A DNA stretch of 64,000 nucleotides from NCBI RefSeq assembly GCF_050320075.1, contig NZ_CP190018.1. One strand, given 5' to 3'. The position numbers and the translations under genes are program-made. This stretch comes from Escherichia coli. Lineage in GTDB: Bacteria; Pseudomonadota; Gammaproteobacteria; Enterobacterales; Enterobacteriaceae. Positions 10,530-24,398 of this stretch are shown piece by piece. The first letter of the stretch is position 1. Every line of letters starts with the position of its first letter. The notes beneath the pieces were generated by a model. It was given only the letters and a program-made list of their open reading frames with translations, was not told the origin of the DNA and searched no databases.

Positions 10530-11942
10530 TTACAGGACGTGAACAGATGCGGTGTTAGTAGTGCCGCTCGGTACCAGTGCACCAGAAACCATAACTACGA
10601 CGTCACCTTTGTGTGCCAGACCGCTCTGCAGAGCCAGTTCTTTACCCAGACGGTAGAAATCATCAGTAGAAGTGATCTCTTTAACCAGCTGCGGCACAAC
10701 GCCTTTGCTCAGTACCAACTGATGAGCCGTTTTTTCGTTGGTGGTCAGTGCCAGGATGGTGGCATCCGGGAAGTATTTACGTACTGCGCGAGCAGATTTA
10801 CCGCCCTGGGTAGCAACCACGATCAGCGGGGCATCCAGTTTTTCAGCAGTTTCAACGGCACCACGGCATACCGCTTCGGTAATGCGCAGTTTACGGTTGT
10901 CATTGTTGAACTCGAGACGGCTGTTCATCACGCGGTCGGTACGTTCGCAGATGGTCGCCATGATAGAAACCGCTTCCAGCGGGTATTTACCTTTTGCGGA
11001 TTCACCAGACAGCATCACTGCGTCAGTACCGTCGAGGATGGCGTTTGCAACGTCACCGGCTTCTGCGCGAGTCGGGCGTGGGTTTTTGATCATGGAATCC
11101 AGCATCTGGGTCGCAGTGATAACGACTTTACGTGCACGGATACATTTTTCGATCATCATCTTCTGGGCGAAGATAACTTCTTCTACCGGGATTTCTACAC
11201 CCAGGTCGCCACGCGCAACCATGATGCCGTCAGAGGCTTCGAGGATTTCGTCGAAGTTGTTGAGGCCTTCCTGGTTTTCGATTTTGGAGATGATGTGGAT
11301 GTTTTCGCCGCCGTGCGCTTTCAGGTGCTCACGGATTTCGATAACGTCAGAACGCTTACGAATAAAGGAAGCAGCGACAAAGTCTACGCCTTGTTCGCAA
11401 CCAAAGATCAGGTCCTGTTTGTCTTTTTCAGCCAGTGCTGGCAGGGCAATGGAAACGCCAGGCAGGTTCACACCTTTGTTTTCACCCAGGTCGCCGTTGT
11501 TCAGCACTTTACAGATAACTTTGTTACCTTCAATGGCAGTAACTTCCATACCGATCAGACCATCGTCAACCAGTACGGTGTTGCCAACAGACAGGTCAGT
11601 AGTGAAACCTTCATACGTTACCGCAACCATTTCGCTGTTGCCGATAACAGATTTATCAGTGGTGAAAGTAAAGGTCTGACCCGCTTTCAGAGAAACGTCG
11701 TTACCGCCTTCCAGTTTCATGGTGCGGATTTCCGGACCTTTGGTATCAAGCAGGATAGCGGCGGTTTTACCAGTTTTGCTCATCACGTTGCGCAGATTCT
11801 GAATGCGCTGACCGTGTTCTGCATAGTCACCATGAGAGAAGTTCAGACGCATAACGTTCATGCCAGCGTCCAGCATTTTAGCTAACATCTCTTCAGATTC
11901 GGTTTTCGGTCCGATGGTGCAAACAATTTTGGTCTTTTTCAT
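10530..11942 (-). CDS. pykF: pyruvate kinase I (FBP-activated), 470 aa
   Basis: Internal ATG at 11942 ([20 protein letters not shown]...) gives 470 aa; track ORF is extended upstream to 542 aa. Confidence 0.95.
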
Positions 11943-12498
11943 GACAGTCTTAGTCTTTAAGTTGAGAAGGATGGGAGAAACTTGCTTTCTGGGCGCACTG
12001 CCGGAAAGCGAATCCGGTATTACGAAAGTGGTGGTGCCTCGCTCTAAGGATAGGTGACATCGAAAAAGCGTGCAGAGGAATGTGTGCTTGTGTCTCAGCC
12101 CAACGTGAGTGCCTGTTTTTGAGTCGTTGAGTTCTACAGTCCAAAGTGCTGAAACCATTCAAGAGTCAATTGGCGCGCATTATACGCTGAAATTAATCCA
12201 AAAGGAAAACAAAAACAGCGTTTCAAAAAATATACAACTTGTAAGACAATAAATTGTTATCAAAGATTTAACGTTCCAGGGAAAAGGTTACGCAAAAACT
12301 TCGCTGTTTGCGCAACGTCTGGTGCCGGGGTTGTCACTGTGAAGATAAGTGAAAGTTCATCCGGTGTATAAATACATCATCGCTCAATTGCTACAGTTAA
12401 AATAATTTATCGCGTTATTTGTCTGATTTTGTTTGATTTTTGTCTAATTGGTTAGATTGATATATGCTGATAGTTGGCATGATAAATAGGTATAAAGA

Positions 12499-12708
12499 AT
12501 GGGAAATCGGACAAAAGAGGATGAACTGTACCGAGAAATGTGCAGAGTTGTCGGTAAAGTTGTGCTGGAAATGCGCGATCTGGGGCAGGAACCAAAGCAT
12601 ATTGTTATCGCAGGCGTATTACGTACAGCATTAGCCAATAAACGCATTCAGCGCAGTGAGCTGGAAAAGCAGGCGATGGAAACCGTCATTAACGCACTGG
12701 TAAAATGA
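12499..12708 (+). CDS. fumD: small protein YdhZ (fumarase D), 69 aa
   Basis: 69-aa ORF MGNRTKEDELYREMCRVVGK... between pykF and ydhY. Confidence 0.8.
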   Translation: MGNRTKEDELYREMCRVVGKVVLEMRDLGQEPKHIVIAGVLRTALANKRIQRSELEKQAMETVINALVK

Positions 12709-12948
12709 CCATTCAGGATGAGGCGATAAGCTTCATCCTGATATTCTTGCTTCAGTTGCGGTCCAGTTAATCATTCTAAATAACAACTGCTGAAATTATA
12801 CGAATTTCGGTATGTATTTTAATTTATAGCGATAATGTTATTTTTATTTTCTGCAATGAACGTCACAAATAATTGTCGCTTAAGTTAAATTTATTTCAAA
12901 TGATAATAAATATCAGTTCACTTATAATTTCTTGCTTTGTAATTTTAA

Positions 12949-12962
12949 TTGATAACGATCAA
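12949..12962 (+). promoter_or_regulatory. FNR box TTGAT-AACG-ATCAA upstream of ydhY
   Basis: Perfect match to FNR consensus TTGAT-N4-ATCAA, about 200 bp upstream of ydhY ATG in an AT-rich region. Confidence 0.75.
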
Positions 12963-13163
12963 TGTTAAGGGCTCAGAATAATCACATTATTTTTTCTCCT
13001 AATCATAAAGGATTAGTTTATCGGCGTTAAATCTTTTCTCATACACTATCGGGTTAGGGAAAATATCTGGTGTTGGGGACAGAGTCAGCAGCGTATTAGT
13101 TGAATGCTTAATATCAGACTGCTGAATTGTCAGCACTGTGTTTGCGAAGAGGATGCGAAATAA

Positions 13164-15913
<2,750 letters not shown>

Positions 15914-15916
15914 GGA

Positions 15917-16564
15917 ATGGGTGAGATGAACCATCAGGATGAATTGCCGTTAGCGAAAGTCAGCGAAGTTGATGAGGCGAAGCGGCAATGGTTGCAGGGG
16001 ATGCGTCACCCCGTTGATACGGTAACCGAACCAGAACCTGCTGAAATCCTGGCAGAGTTCATTCGTCAGCATTCTGCGGCTGGGCAGCTGGTGGCGCGCG
16101 CCGTGTTTCTTTCGCCACCCTATTCGGTTGCAGAAGAGGAACTGTCAGTTTTGCTGGAAAGCATTAAGCAGAACGGAGACCACGCGGATATCGCTTGTTT
16201 GACGGGAAGCCAGGATGATTACTATTACTCAACTCAGGCCATGAGTGAAAACTACGCGGCGATGTCTTTGCAAGTTGTGGAGCAGGACATTTGTCGCGCC
16301 ATTGCACACGCCGTTCGTTTTGAGTGCCAGACGTATCCTCGTCCTTACAAAGTCGCCATGCTGATGCAAGCGCCATATTACTTCCAGGAAGCGCAGATCG
16401 AATCCGCGATCGCCGCGATGGATATTGCACCTGAATATGCTGATATACGGCAGGTGGAGTCATCGACGGCGGTGTTGTACTTGTTTAGCGAGCGATTTAT
16501 GACCTATGGCAAGGCGTATGGCTTATGCGAATGGTTCGAGGTAGAGCAGTTTCAGAACCCCTGA
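15917..16564 (+). CDS. ydhW: uncharacterised protein YdhW, 215 aa
   Basis: 215-aa ORF within ydhYVWXUT. Confidence 0.85.
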   Translation: MGEMNHQDELPLAKVSEVDEAKRQWLQGMRHPVDTVTEPEPAEILAEFIRQHSAAGQLVARAVFLSPPYSVAEEELSVLLESIKQNGDHADIACLTGSQDDYYYSTQAMSENYAAMSLQVVEQDICRAIAHAVRFECQTYPRPYKVAMLMQAPYYFQEAQIESAIAAMDIAPEYADIRQVESSTAVLYLFSERFMTYGKAYGLCEWFEVEQFQNP

Positions 16565-16627
16565 AATTTCAGGGAGATGTCATGGATAGGGTGGACAGTT
16601 GCAGCCACTGCATTAGGGGATAATCAG

Positions 16628-17296
16628 ATGTCCTTCACTCGACGCAAATTTGTTCTGGGGATGGGAACAGTAATCTTTTTTACTGGTTCTGCGTCTTCTC
16701 TGTTAGCGAACACGAGGCAAGAAAAGAAAGTTCGGTATGCCATGATTCATGACGAGTCACGGTGCAATGGCTGTAATATTTGCGCCCGCGCATGCCGTAA
16801 AACTAACCACGTCCCCGCTCAGGGAAGCCGTTTATCGATAGCACACATTCCAGTCACCGATAACGACAACGAAACGCAGTATCACTATTTTCGCCAGTCA
16901 TGCCAGCACTGTGAAGATGCTCCTTGCATCGACGTATGCCCGACAGGGGCGTCGTGGCGTGATGAGCAGGGGATCGTGCGGGTAGAAAAATCGCAGTGCA
17001 TCGGCTGCAGTTATTGCATTGGCGCTTGTCCTTACCAGGTTCGCTACCTTAACCCTGTCACTAAAGTGGCAGATAAATGTGATTTCTGCGCTGAGTCCCG
17101 ACTGGCAAAAGGCTTTCCGCCCATTTGCGTCAGCGCCTGTCCGGAACACGCATTGATCTTTGGTCGCGAAGATAGCCCAGAAATTCAGGCGTGGTTGCAG
17201 GAAAATAAATACTATCAATATCAGCTACCTGGTGCCGGGAAACCGCACCTGTATCGCCGGTTCGGTCAACATTTGATTAAAAAGGAAAATGTATGA
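16628..17296 (+). CDS. ydhX: Tat-signal ferredoxin-like 4Fe-4S protein YdhX, 222 aa
   Basis: Internal ATG at 16628; twin-arginine motif MSFTRRKFVLGMG; multiple CxxCxxCxxxCP motifs. Confidence 0.88.
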   Translation: MSFTRRKFVLGMGTVIFFTGSASSLLANTRQEKKVRYAMIHDESRCNGCNICARACRKTNHVPAQGSRLSIAHIPVTDNDNETQYHYFRQSCQHCEDAPCIDVCPTGASWRDEQGIVRVEKSQCIGCSYCIGACPYQVRYLNPVTKVADKCDFCAESRLAKGFPPICVSACPEHALIFGREDSPEIQAWLQENKYYQYQLPGAGKPHLYRRFGQHLIKKENV

Positions 17297-18078
17297 ACCC
17301 GTCGCAACATGCTGAACAGTTTCAGAGCCAGTTGGCGAACTATGTGCCACAGTTCACTCCCCAATTTTGGCCGGTGTGGTTGATCATTGCCGGACTATTG
17401 CTGGTAGGGATGTGGTTTGTGCTGGGGCTGCATGCCTTGCTTCGTGCTCGTGGCGTGAAGAAATCAGCCACCGACCATGGTGAGAAGGTTTATCTTTACA
17501 GCAAAGCGGTCAGATTATGGCACTGGTCGAATGCGTTACTCTTTGTATTGTTGCTGGCAAGTGGGCTGATAAATCACTTTGCGCTGGTGGGCGCAACTGC
17601 GGTTAAAAGTCTGGTTGCGGTGCATGAAGTTTGCGGATTTTTGTTACTGGCATGTTGGCTCGGCTTTGTTCTGATCAATGCCGTTGGGGGTAATGGTCAC
17701 CATTATCGCATTCGTCGTCAGGGGTGGCTGGAGCGAGCGGCAAAACAAACGCGATTCTATTTGTTTGGCATTATGCAGGGGGAAGAACATCCTTTCCCGG
17801 CAACAACACAGTCTAAATTTAATCCCTTACAGCAGGTTGCCTATATTGGTGTCATGTATGGATTGCTGCCGTTGTTACTATTGACGGGGCTGCTGTGTCT
17901 CTATCCGCAAGCCGTGGGAGATGTGTTTCCTGGCGTAAGATACTGGTTATTGCAGGCGCATTTTGCTCTGGCATTTATAAGCCTCTTTTTTATCTTCGGT
18001 CATCTTTATCTTTGCACCACGGGGCGTACGCCACACGAAACCTTTAAAAGCATGGTCGATGGCTATCACCGGCACTAA
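17293..18078 (+). CDS. ydhU: PhsC/cytochrome b-like membrane subunit YdhU, 261 aa
   Basis: 261-aa polytopic membrane protein; ATGA overlap with ydhX. Confidence 0.88.
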   Translation: MNPSQHAEQFQSQLANYVPQFTPQFWPVWLIIAGLLLVGMWFVLGLHALLRARGVKKSATDHGEKVYLYSKAVRLWHWSNALLFVLLLASGLINHFALVGATAVKSLVAVHEVCGFLLLACWLGFVLINAVGGNGHHYRIRRQGWLERAAKQTRFYLFGIMQGEEHPFPATTQSKFNPLQQVAYIGVMYGLLPLLLLTGLLCLYPQAVGDVFPGVRYWLLQAHFALAFISLFFIFGHLYLCTTGRTPHETFKSMVDGYHRH

Positions 18079-18081
18079 CGA

Positions 18082-18894
18082 ATGATCATTACACGAGCAG
18101 ACCTGCGAGAATGGCGTATCGGAGCGGTGATGTATCGCTGGTTCCTGCGCCATTTCCCACGCGGCGGTAGTTATGCCGATATTCATCATGCACTGATTGA
18201 GGAAGGATATACGGACTGGGCGGAGAGTCTGGTTGAGTATGCGTGGAAAAAATGGCTGGCGGATGAAAACTTCGCGCATCAGGAAGTTTCCTCTATGCAA
18301 AAATTGGCCACAGATCCCGGAGAGAGACCATTTTGCAGTCAGTTTGCCCGCAGCGACGATCATGCTCGCATCGGCTGTTGTGAGGATAATGCCAGAATCG
18401 CAACCGCTGGGTATGCCGCGCAAATTGCCAGTATGGGTTATAGCGTGCGGATTGGAAGTGTCGGCTTTAACAGTCACATTGGCAGCTCCGGTGAACGCGC
18501 ACGGGTTGCTGTAACCGGTAATTCTTCGCGGATAAGCAGCGCTGGAGATAGTAGTCGGATTGCGAATACCGGAATGCGAGTACGCGTTTGTACATTGGGT
18601 GAACGGTGTCATGTCGCCAGTAATGGTGACCTGGTGCAAATCGCCAGCTTTGGCGCAAACGCCAGAATTGCCAACAGCGGCGACAATGTACACATCATTG
18701 CCAGCGGTGAAGATTCAACAATAGTGAGCACGGGCGTGGTCGACTCAATTATTCTCGGGCCAGGGGGAAGCGCCGCACTGGCATATCATGACGGCGAAAG
18801 AGTTCGCTTCGCCGTCGCCATTGAAGGTGAAAACAATATTCGAGCCGGAGTCCGCTATCGTCTTAATGAACAGCATCAGTTTGTTGAGTGCTGA
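18082..18894 (+). CDS. ydhT: uncharacterised protein YdhT, 270 aa, central nonapeptide repeat region
   Basis: 270-aa ORF; periodic I-A-S-x-G-x-x-x-R repeats in the central region. Confidence 0.85.
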   Translation: MIITRADLREWRIGAVMYRWFLRHFPRGGSYADIHHALIEEGYTDWAESLVEYAWKKWLADENFAHQEVSSMQKLATDPGERPFCSQFARSDDHARIGCCEDNARIATAGYAAQIASMGYSVRIGSVGFNSHIGSSGERARVAVTGNSSRISSAGDSSRIANTGMRVRVCTLGERCHVASNGDLVQIASFGANARIANSGDNVHIIASGEDSTIVSTGVVDSIILGPGGSAALAYHDGERVRFAVAIEGENNIRAGVRYRLNEQHQFVEC

Positions 18895-18905
18895 TAGCTT
18901 TACCT

Positions 18906-20510
18906 TTAATCAAACGAAAGACGCCTACGTGCACGGGAGGCAGGTTTTACGACAGCCCGAGCCATCGCCTCACCAATTTCTGCACATGCCGTAAGTCCCT
19001 GAACGAAAGGCTGGTCGTGCATTAACCAGGGCAACGCGCCGAACGCTACGCGCCCACGAATATCTTCGGGTTGCTGTAACGTATAATCTTCGCCAACATC
19101 AGGGTTTTTATCCCCTGTTTTCTGTAATTGTTCGCGTAGTCCAGGGAAAGGAATATCTTTCACTTTAAGCGGACGCTGCCCACGGGCATCAATAAAAACG
19201 TCAAACGAGTAGCTGTTGTCTTCCGTTTTCAGGACGGTGCGCGACTCATTAATTTCCATTTCGTAGTCTTCACCGAGGGCGAGAATATGAATGATTCCCG
19301 CTTCACGTAAGGCCAGTAGTCGACGAATAGACTCTGAAGGGATTGCCGCATAATTATCGATGAAAACCCGGGCAAGGCCTTTACTGAACCGTTTATGGTC
19401 GTGTTCATTCAGATGTGGAACAATTTCCTGTACTGCTTCATGCAGGCGCAGAATGACATAACGCCAGGGAACAGTATGTTTTTCTCGTTTATTGCGTTCG
19501 ACTTCCTGGAGATTTTTTTCTGCCCAGTCAAATGGGTCGCGTTGTTTGCGCTCGGCAAACCAGGCTTGAGCAAAGGAATCGACATTCAGGCTCTCTAAGG
19601 CTATGCGTTGGCTCCAGCCTGGATCAGCAAACTTGATTTCCTCTACTATCAATCTAAATACCCGATCCAAAAGGCCATATTCGCCTTTTTGAATCTCAGC
19701 ATTTAATGCTTGATCAGTGACGATGTGTAAGGGCTCGTAGGGAATAGGGCAATAGAAATCGGCTTCGGGTAAAATACCCGTGCGCGACATTAACGTAATA
19801 TTTAGCTTTTCACTTGCGTTATCGCGGTGAAAAATGACGTGTTGTTTATCATCTTCAATGAACGAACCATGCTGAATAGCCACTGCCATTGCCGCATCCA
19901 GTCCGCTCAAGGATGTTCCCATAATACCCACGTTACACGCATCGACCTTTGCTTCCATCAGGCCTGACCACGGGCTGGGAAAGTACGTTCTGGTTGCTTC
20001 TTCTTCATCAGGCCAGACGTGACCCGTGGCAATCACCGCTAAATCAAACGTCTCGCTGGGTAAATCCTGATTTGTAGCGAGCATGACGCCAGCATTTGTA
20101 ATTTGCAGATCGGTAACCTGGCATGATTCATAAACAGCCACCGCAAATTTTTGCTGTCGTGCCTGGTCTACTAATCGTAAAAATTGATCGCGGAAATATT
20201 CGCCCAGCAGAATTCGCGGTAAAAACTGACGATCGTGCAAGGTTTCTTTTTTAACGCCATAACGCTGGAGATGGCTGGCTTCTTGCTTTTGTAGCCATTC
20301 GAGATACGTACAATAAATCGGCGGTATTTCAATACTGGCAATATTTGCCAGCATCAGTTTTGAGTTTTCCTCATCACTGTATGGCATCCCGACACCGGCT
20401 TCGTCAGCCTGCTCGAAGATAGAAATAGAAAGTGGAGTTTGTTGCTGTAGAAGCGAGAATAAGGTGTAGATCCCCGTAGGCCCGGCACCCACAATAGCAA
20501 TTTTTTTCAT
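18906..20510 (-). CDS. ydhS: FAD/NAD(P)-binding protein YdhS, 534 aa
   Basis: N-terminal Rossmann motif IAIVGAGPTG. Confidence 0.88.
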   Translation of the reverse strand: MKKIAIVGAGPTGIYTLFSLLQQQTPLSISIFEQADEAGVGMPYSDEENSKLMLANIASIEIPPIYCTYLEWLQKQEASHLQRYGVKKETLHDRQFLPRILLGEYFRDQFLRLVDQARQQKFAVAVYESCQVTDLQITNAGVMLATNQDLPSETFDLAVIATGHVWPDEEEATRTYFPSPWSGLMEAKVDACNVGIMGTSLSGLDAAMAVAIQHGSFIEDDKQHVIFHRDNASEKLNITLMSRTGILPEADFYCPIPYEPLHIVTDQALNAEIQKGEYGLLDRVFRLIVEEIKFADPGWSQRIALESLNVDSFAQAWFAERKQRDPFDWAEKNLQEVERNKREKHTVPWRYVILRLHEAVQEIVPHLNEHDHKRFSKGLARVFIDNYAAIPSESIRRLLALREAGIIHILALGEDYEMEINESRTVLKTEDNSYSFDVFIDARGQRPLKVKDIPFPGLREQLQKTGDKNPDVGEDYTLQQPEDIRGRVAFGALPWLMHDQPFVQGLTACAEIGEAMARAVVKPASRARRRLSFD

Positions 20511-20597
20511 TGTTACTTACCTGTACGCATTCTTTCGAATTTAGTGTTATCAGATAAGTTTGGTTGAAATTTTTAGAATTTGAGAAATTTCAGACAG

Positions 20598-20623
20598 GGA
20601 TGAAAAGGGCGCTAACCGCCCTT
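20598..20623 (-). terminator. probable ydhR terminator
   Basis: Hairpin AAGGGCG-CTAAC-CGCCCTT; minus strand followed by TTTTC. Confidence 0.4.
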
Positions 20624-20635
20624 GGTTAAAATCTG

Positions 20636-20941
20636 TCAGGCGAGTTTTGCCTGATTGATTTGACTCAGTGGCTCATTGACATCGAAAACTTTGGCGACAA
20701 CTTCCTCAACGCCGAGATTTTTCAGTCGGGCAGTATGTTTTTCCAGATAGGCAAGGGCGCTTTTTTCATCAGTGAAAAGGTAGATCCCACCGGCTTCGTG
20801 GTTCTTTTCACTTTCTGTCCATACCTTCCACAGAAAACCAGGTTCCTGATTAATCGACTCAGCAAGCGGTTCAAGCTGCTCAGCCATTGCGTCGCCAAAT
20901 GGGCCATTAAAAGCAAAATGAAGTTGTAACAAAGTTGCCAT
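20636..20941 (-). CDS. ydhR: putative monooxygenase YdhR, 101 aa
   Basis: 101-aa ORF adjacent to the tRNA-Val pair. Confidence 0.85.
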   Translation of the reverse strand: MATLLQLHFAFNGPFGDAMAEQLEPLAESINQEPGFLWKVWTESEKNHEAGGIYLFTDEKSALAYLEKHTARLKNLGVEEVVAKVFDVNEPLSQINQAKLA

Positions 20942-21048
20942 AGCGATTCTCCTTCTGATAACGCATACGAAGACAGTGTAAATCTTTTAATGTATTGGAT
21001 ACAGAGAAGAAACAGAGGGAAAAAGGAGAAGACCAGATTAAGAAAATC

Positions 21049-21125
21049 TGGTGCGTCCGAGTGGACTCGAACCACCGACCCCCACCATGTCAAGGTGGTG
21101 CTCTAACCAACTGAGCTACGGACGC
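21049..21125 (-). tRNA. valW: tRNA-Val (anticodon GAC), 77 nt with encoded CCA
   Basis: Reverse complement reads GCGTCCGTAGCTCAGTTGGTTAGAGCACCACCTTGACATGGTGGGGGTCGGTGGTTCGAGTCCACTCGGACGCACCA; anticodon loop TTGACAT. Confidence 0.95.
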
Positions 21126-21129
21126 AGGA

Positions 21130-21206
21130 TGGTGCGTTCAATTGGACTCGAACCAACGACCCCCACCATGTCAAGGTGGTGCTCTAACCAACTGAGCTAT
21201 GAACGC
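21130..21206 (-). tRNA. valV: tRNA-Val (anticodon GAC), 77 nt with encoded CCA
   Basis: Reverse complement reads GCGTTCATAGCTCAGTTGGTTAGAGCACCACCTTGACATGGTGGGGGTCGTTGGTTCGAGTCCAATTGAACGCACCA; 4-bp spacer to the other copy. Confidence 0.95.
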
Positions 21207-21513
21207 AACGTTGTAGGTGACAACGGGGACGAATATTAGCGGCAGAGTGGGAAGGTGGCAAGAGGCAAAACGTATTTTTCTGCGGTATTTCGACCGTTTG
21301 CAGAGCTTTTAAGCAAATTGGCTATATTTTGTTGATTTGCAAGGGCGATTTTTATTCAGGATCGCATTTACATCTGACACAACCCAATAATCTGTGTATC
21401 AGAGTTTAAACAGAGTTGTTTGCCACCATCTCAAATCTGTCGTGGATAAATCCTTCGTAGCCTTTACACTTAGGTAGCAATAAAGGCACACAGATGCAGC
21501 AAAGGAATAAATC

Positions 21514-22770
21514 ATGGGATCTGATGCGAAAAACTTGATGAGCGACGGGAACGTGCAAATTGTTAAGACCGGCGAGGTCATTGGCGTGACGCAACTTACT
21601 GAAGGTGAGTTAATTGTTGAAGCTGGCGGAAGAGCCGAAAATACCGTGGTCACGGGGGCTGGCTGGTTGAAAGTGGCAACCGGTGGGATCGCCAAATGCA
21701 CACAGTACGGCAACAATGGCACGCTATCGGTCAGCGACGGTGCCATTGCCACAGATATTGTTCAGTCCGAGGGAGGCGCAATTAGTCTCTCTACGCTCGC
21801 TACGGTTAATGGCCGCCATCCCGAAGGTGAATTCAGCGTTGATAAAGGTTATGCCTGCGGTTTGTTGCTGGAAAATGGCGGTAACCTGCGTGTACTGGAA
21901 GGCCATCGCGCGGAAAAAATTATTCTCGATCAAGAGGGTGGCCTGTTGGTCAATGGGACAACCTCAGCGGTCGTGGTAGATGAAGGTGGTGAATTGTTGG
22001 TGTATCCAGGTGGGGAAGCCAGCAATTGTGAGATTAATCAGGGCGGCGTTTTTATGCTGGCGGGGAAAGCCAGTGATACATTGCTTGCTGGTGGCACCAT
22101 GAATAATCTCGGTGGTGAAGACTCTGACACTATTGTTGAGAATGGATCCACTTATCGTCTGGGGACGGATGGTCTTCAGCTCTACAGTTCCGGTAAGACG
22201 CAAAACCTGTCCGTTAATGTGGGTGGTCGGGCTGAAGTGCATGCCGGTACGCTGGAAAATGCGGTAATACAAGGTGGGACAGTGATCCTGTTGTCACCCA
22301 CCAGCGCGGACGAAAATTTTGTCGTAGAGGAAGATCGCGTACCGGTTGAACTGACCGGTAGTGTTGCATTACTGGACGGCGCTTCAATGATTATTGGCTA
22401 TGGCGCAGATCTGCAACAATCAACGATTACTGTACAGCAGGGCGGTGTGTTGATTCTCGACGGCAGTACGGTAAAAGGTGACAGTGTCACTTTCAGTGTT
22501 GGTAACATCAATCTCAATGGCGGAAAACTGTGGCTGATCACTGATGCGGCAACGCAGGTGCATCTGAAAGTGAAACGCCTGCGTGGAGAGGGAGCCATTT
22601 GCCTGCAAACCAGTGCGAAAGAAATTTCACCTGACTTCATCAATGTGAAAGGGGAAGTTACCGGGGATATACACGTTGAGATAACAGATGCCAGTCGGCA
22701 AACTCTGTGTAACGCACTGAAACTACAGCCAGACGAAGACGGGATTGGCGCAACGCTCCAGCCTGCGTAA
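21514..22770 (+). CDS. ydhQ: autotransporter-adhesin-related beta-helix repeat protein YdhQ, 418 aa
   Basis: 418-aa Gly/Thr/Val-rich repeat protein; no N-terminal signal peptide or C-terminal beta-barrel evident. Confidence 0.85.
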   Translation: MGSDAKNLMSDGNVQIVKTGEVIGVTQLTEGELIVEAGGRAENTVVTGAGWLKVATGGIAKCTQYGNNGTLSVSDGAIATDIVQSEGGAISLSTLATVNGRHPEGEFSVDKGYACGLLLENGGNLRVLEGHRAEKIILDQEGGLLVNGTTSAVVVDEGGELLVYPGGEASNCEINQGGVFMLAGKASDTLLAGGTMNNLGGEDSDTIVENGSTYRLGTDGLQLYSSGKTQNLSVNVGGRAEVHAGTLENAVIQGGTVILLSPTSADENFVVEEDRVPVELTGSVALLDGASMIIGYGADLQQSTITVQQGGVLILDGSTVKGDSVTFSVGNINLNGGKLWLITDAATQVHLKVKRLRGEGAICLQTSAKEISPDFINVKGEVTGDIHVEITDASRQTLCNALKLQPDEDGIGATLQPA

Positions 22771-22776
22771 AAACAC

Positions 22777-22810
22777 AGGCGCAACCCGTGAAGGTTGCGC
22801 CTTGTCTTTA
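22777..22810. terminator. bidirectional terminator between convergent ydhQ and mdtK
   Basis: AGGCGCAACC-CGTGAA-GGTTGCGCCT followed by TGTCTTTA on plus; A-rich upstream gives a T-tract on minus. Confidence 0.7.
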
Positions 22811-24205
<1,395 letters not shown>

Positions 24206-24398
24206 TTATATGAGAGACTAAAAAGCCGCCTGAATGGGCAGCAAAAAGAAGAAGCAGGGGAAATTCAGTCTATTGTAGCGAGGATTTATTAATTCTCCAG
24301 TGAAAAAATAGCCATTCTTGCCCCTTCACTGGTAAGGGCGTTTTCCACCTGCTATTGTGCTGAACAGAATGTCTTAACTGATTTCAGGAGTTGTAAGT

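Noticed and set aside
10539-11885. 448-aa ORF on the plus strand
   Set aside because: Entirely antisense to pykF, whose identity is certain; mirror ORFs of this kind are common opposite highly expressed genes. No independent start context.
17947-18693. 248-aa minus-strand ORF
   Set aside because: Antisense to ydhT and ydhU; arises from the repetitive ydhT coding sequence.
21051-21239. 62-aa plus-strand ORF with internally duplicated peptide
   Set aside because: It is the reverse complement of the two tRNA-Val genes; the duplication reflects the tandem tRNAs.
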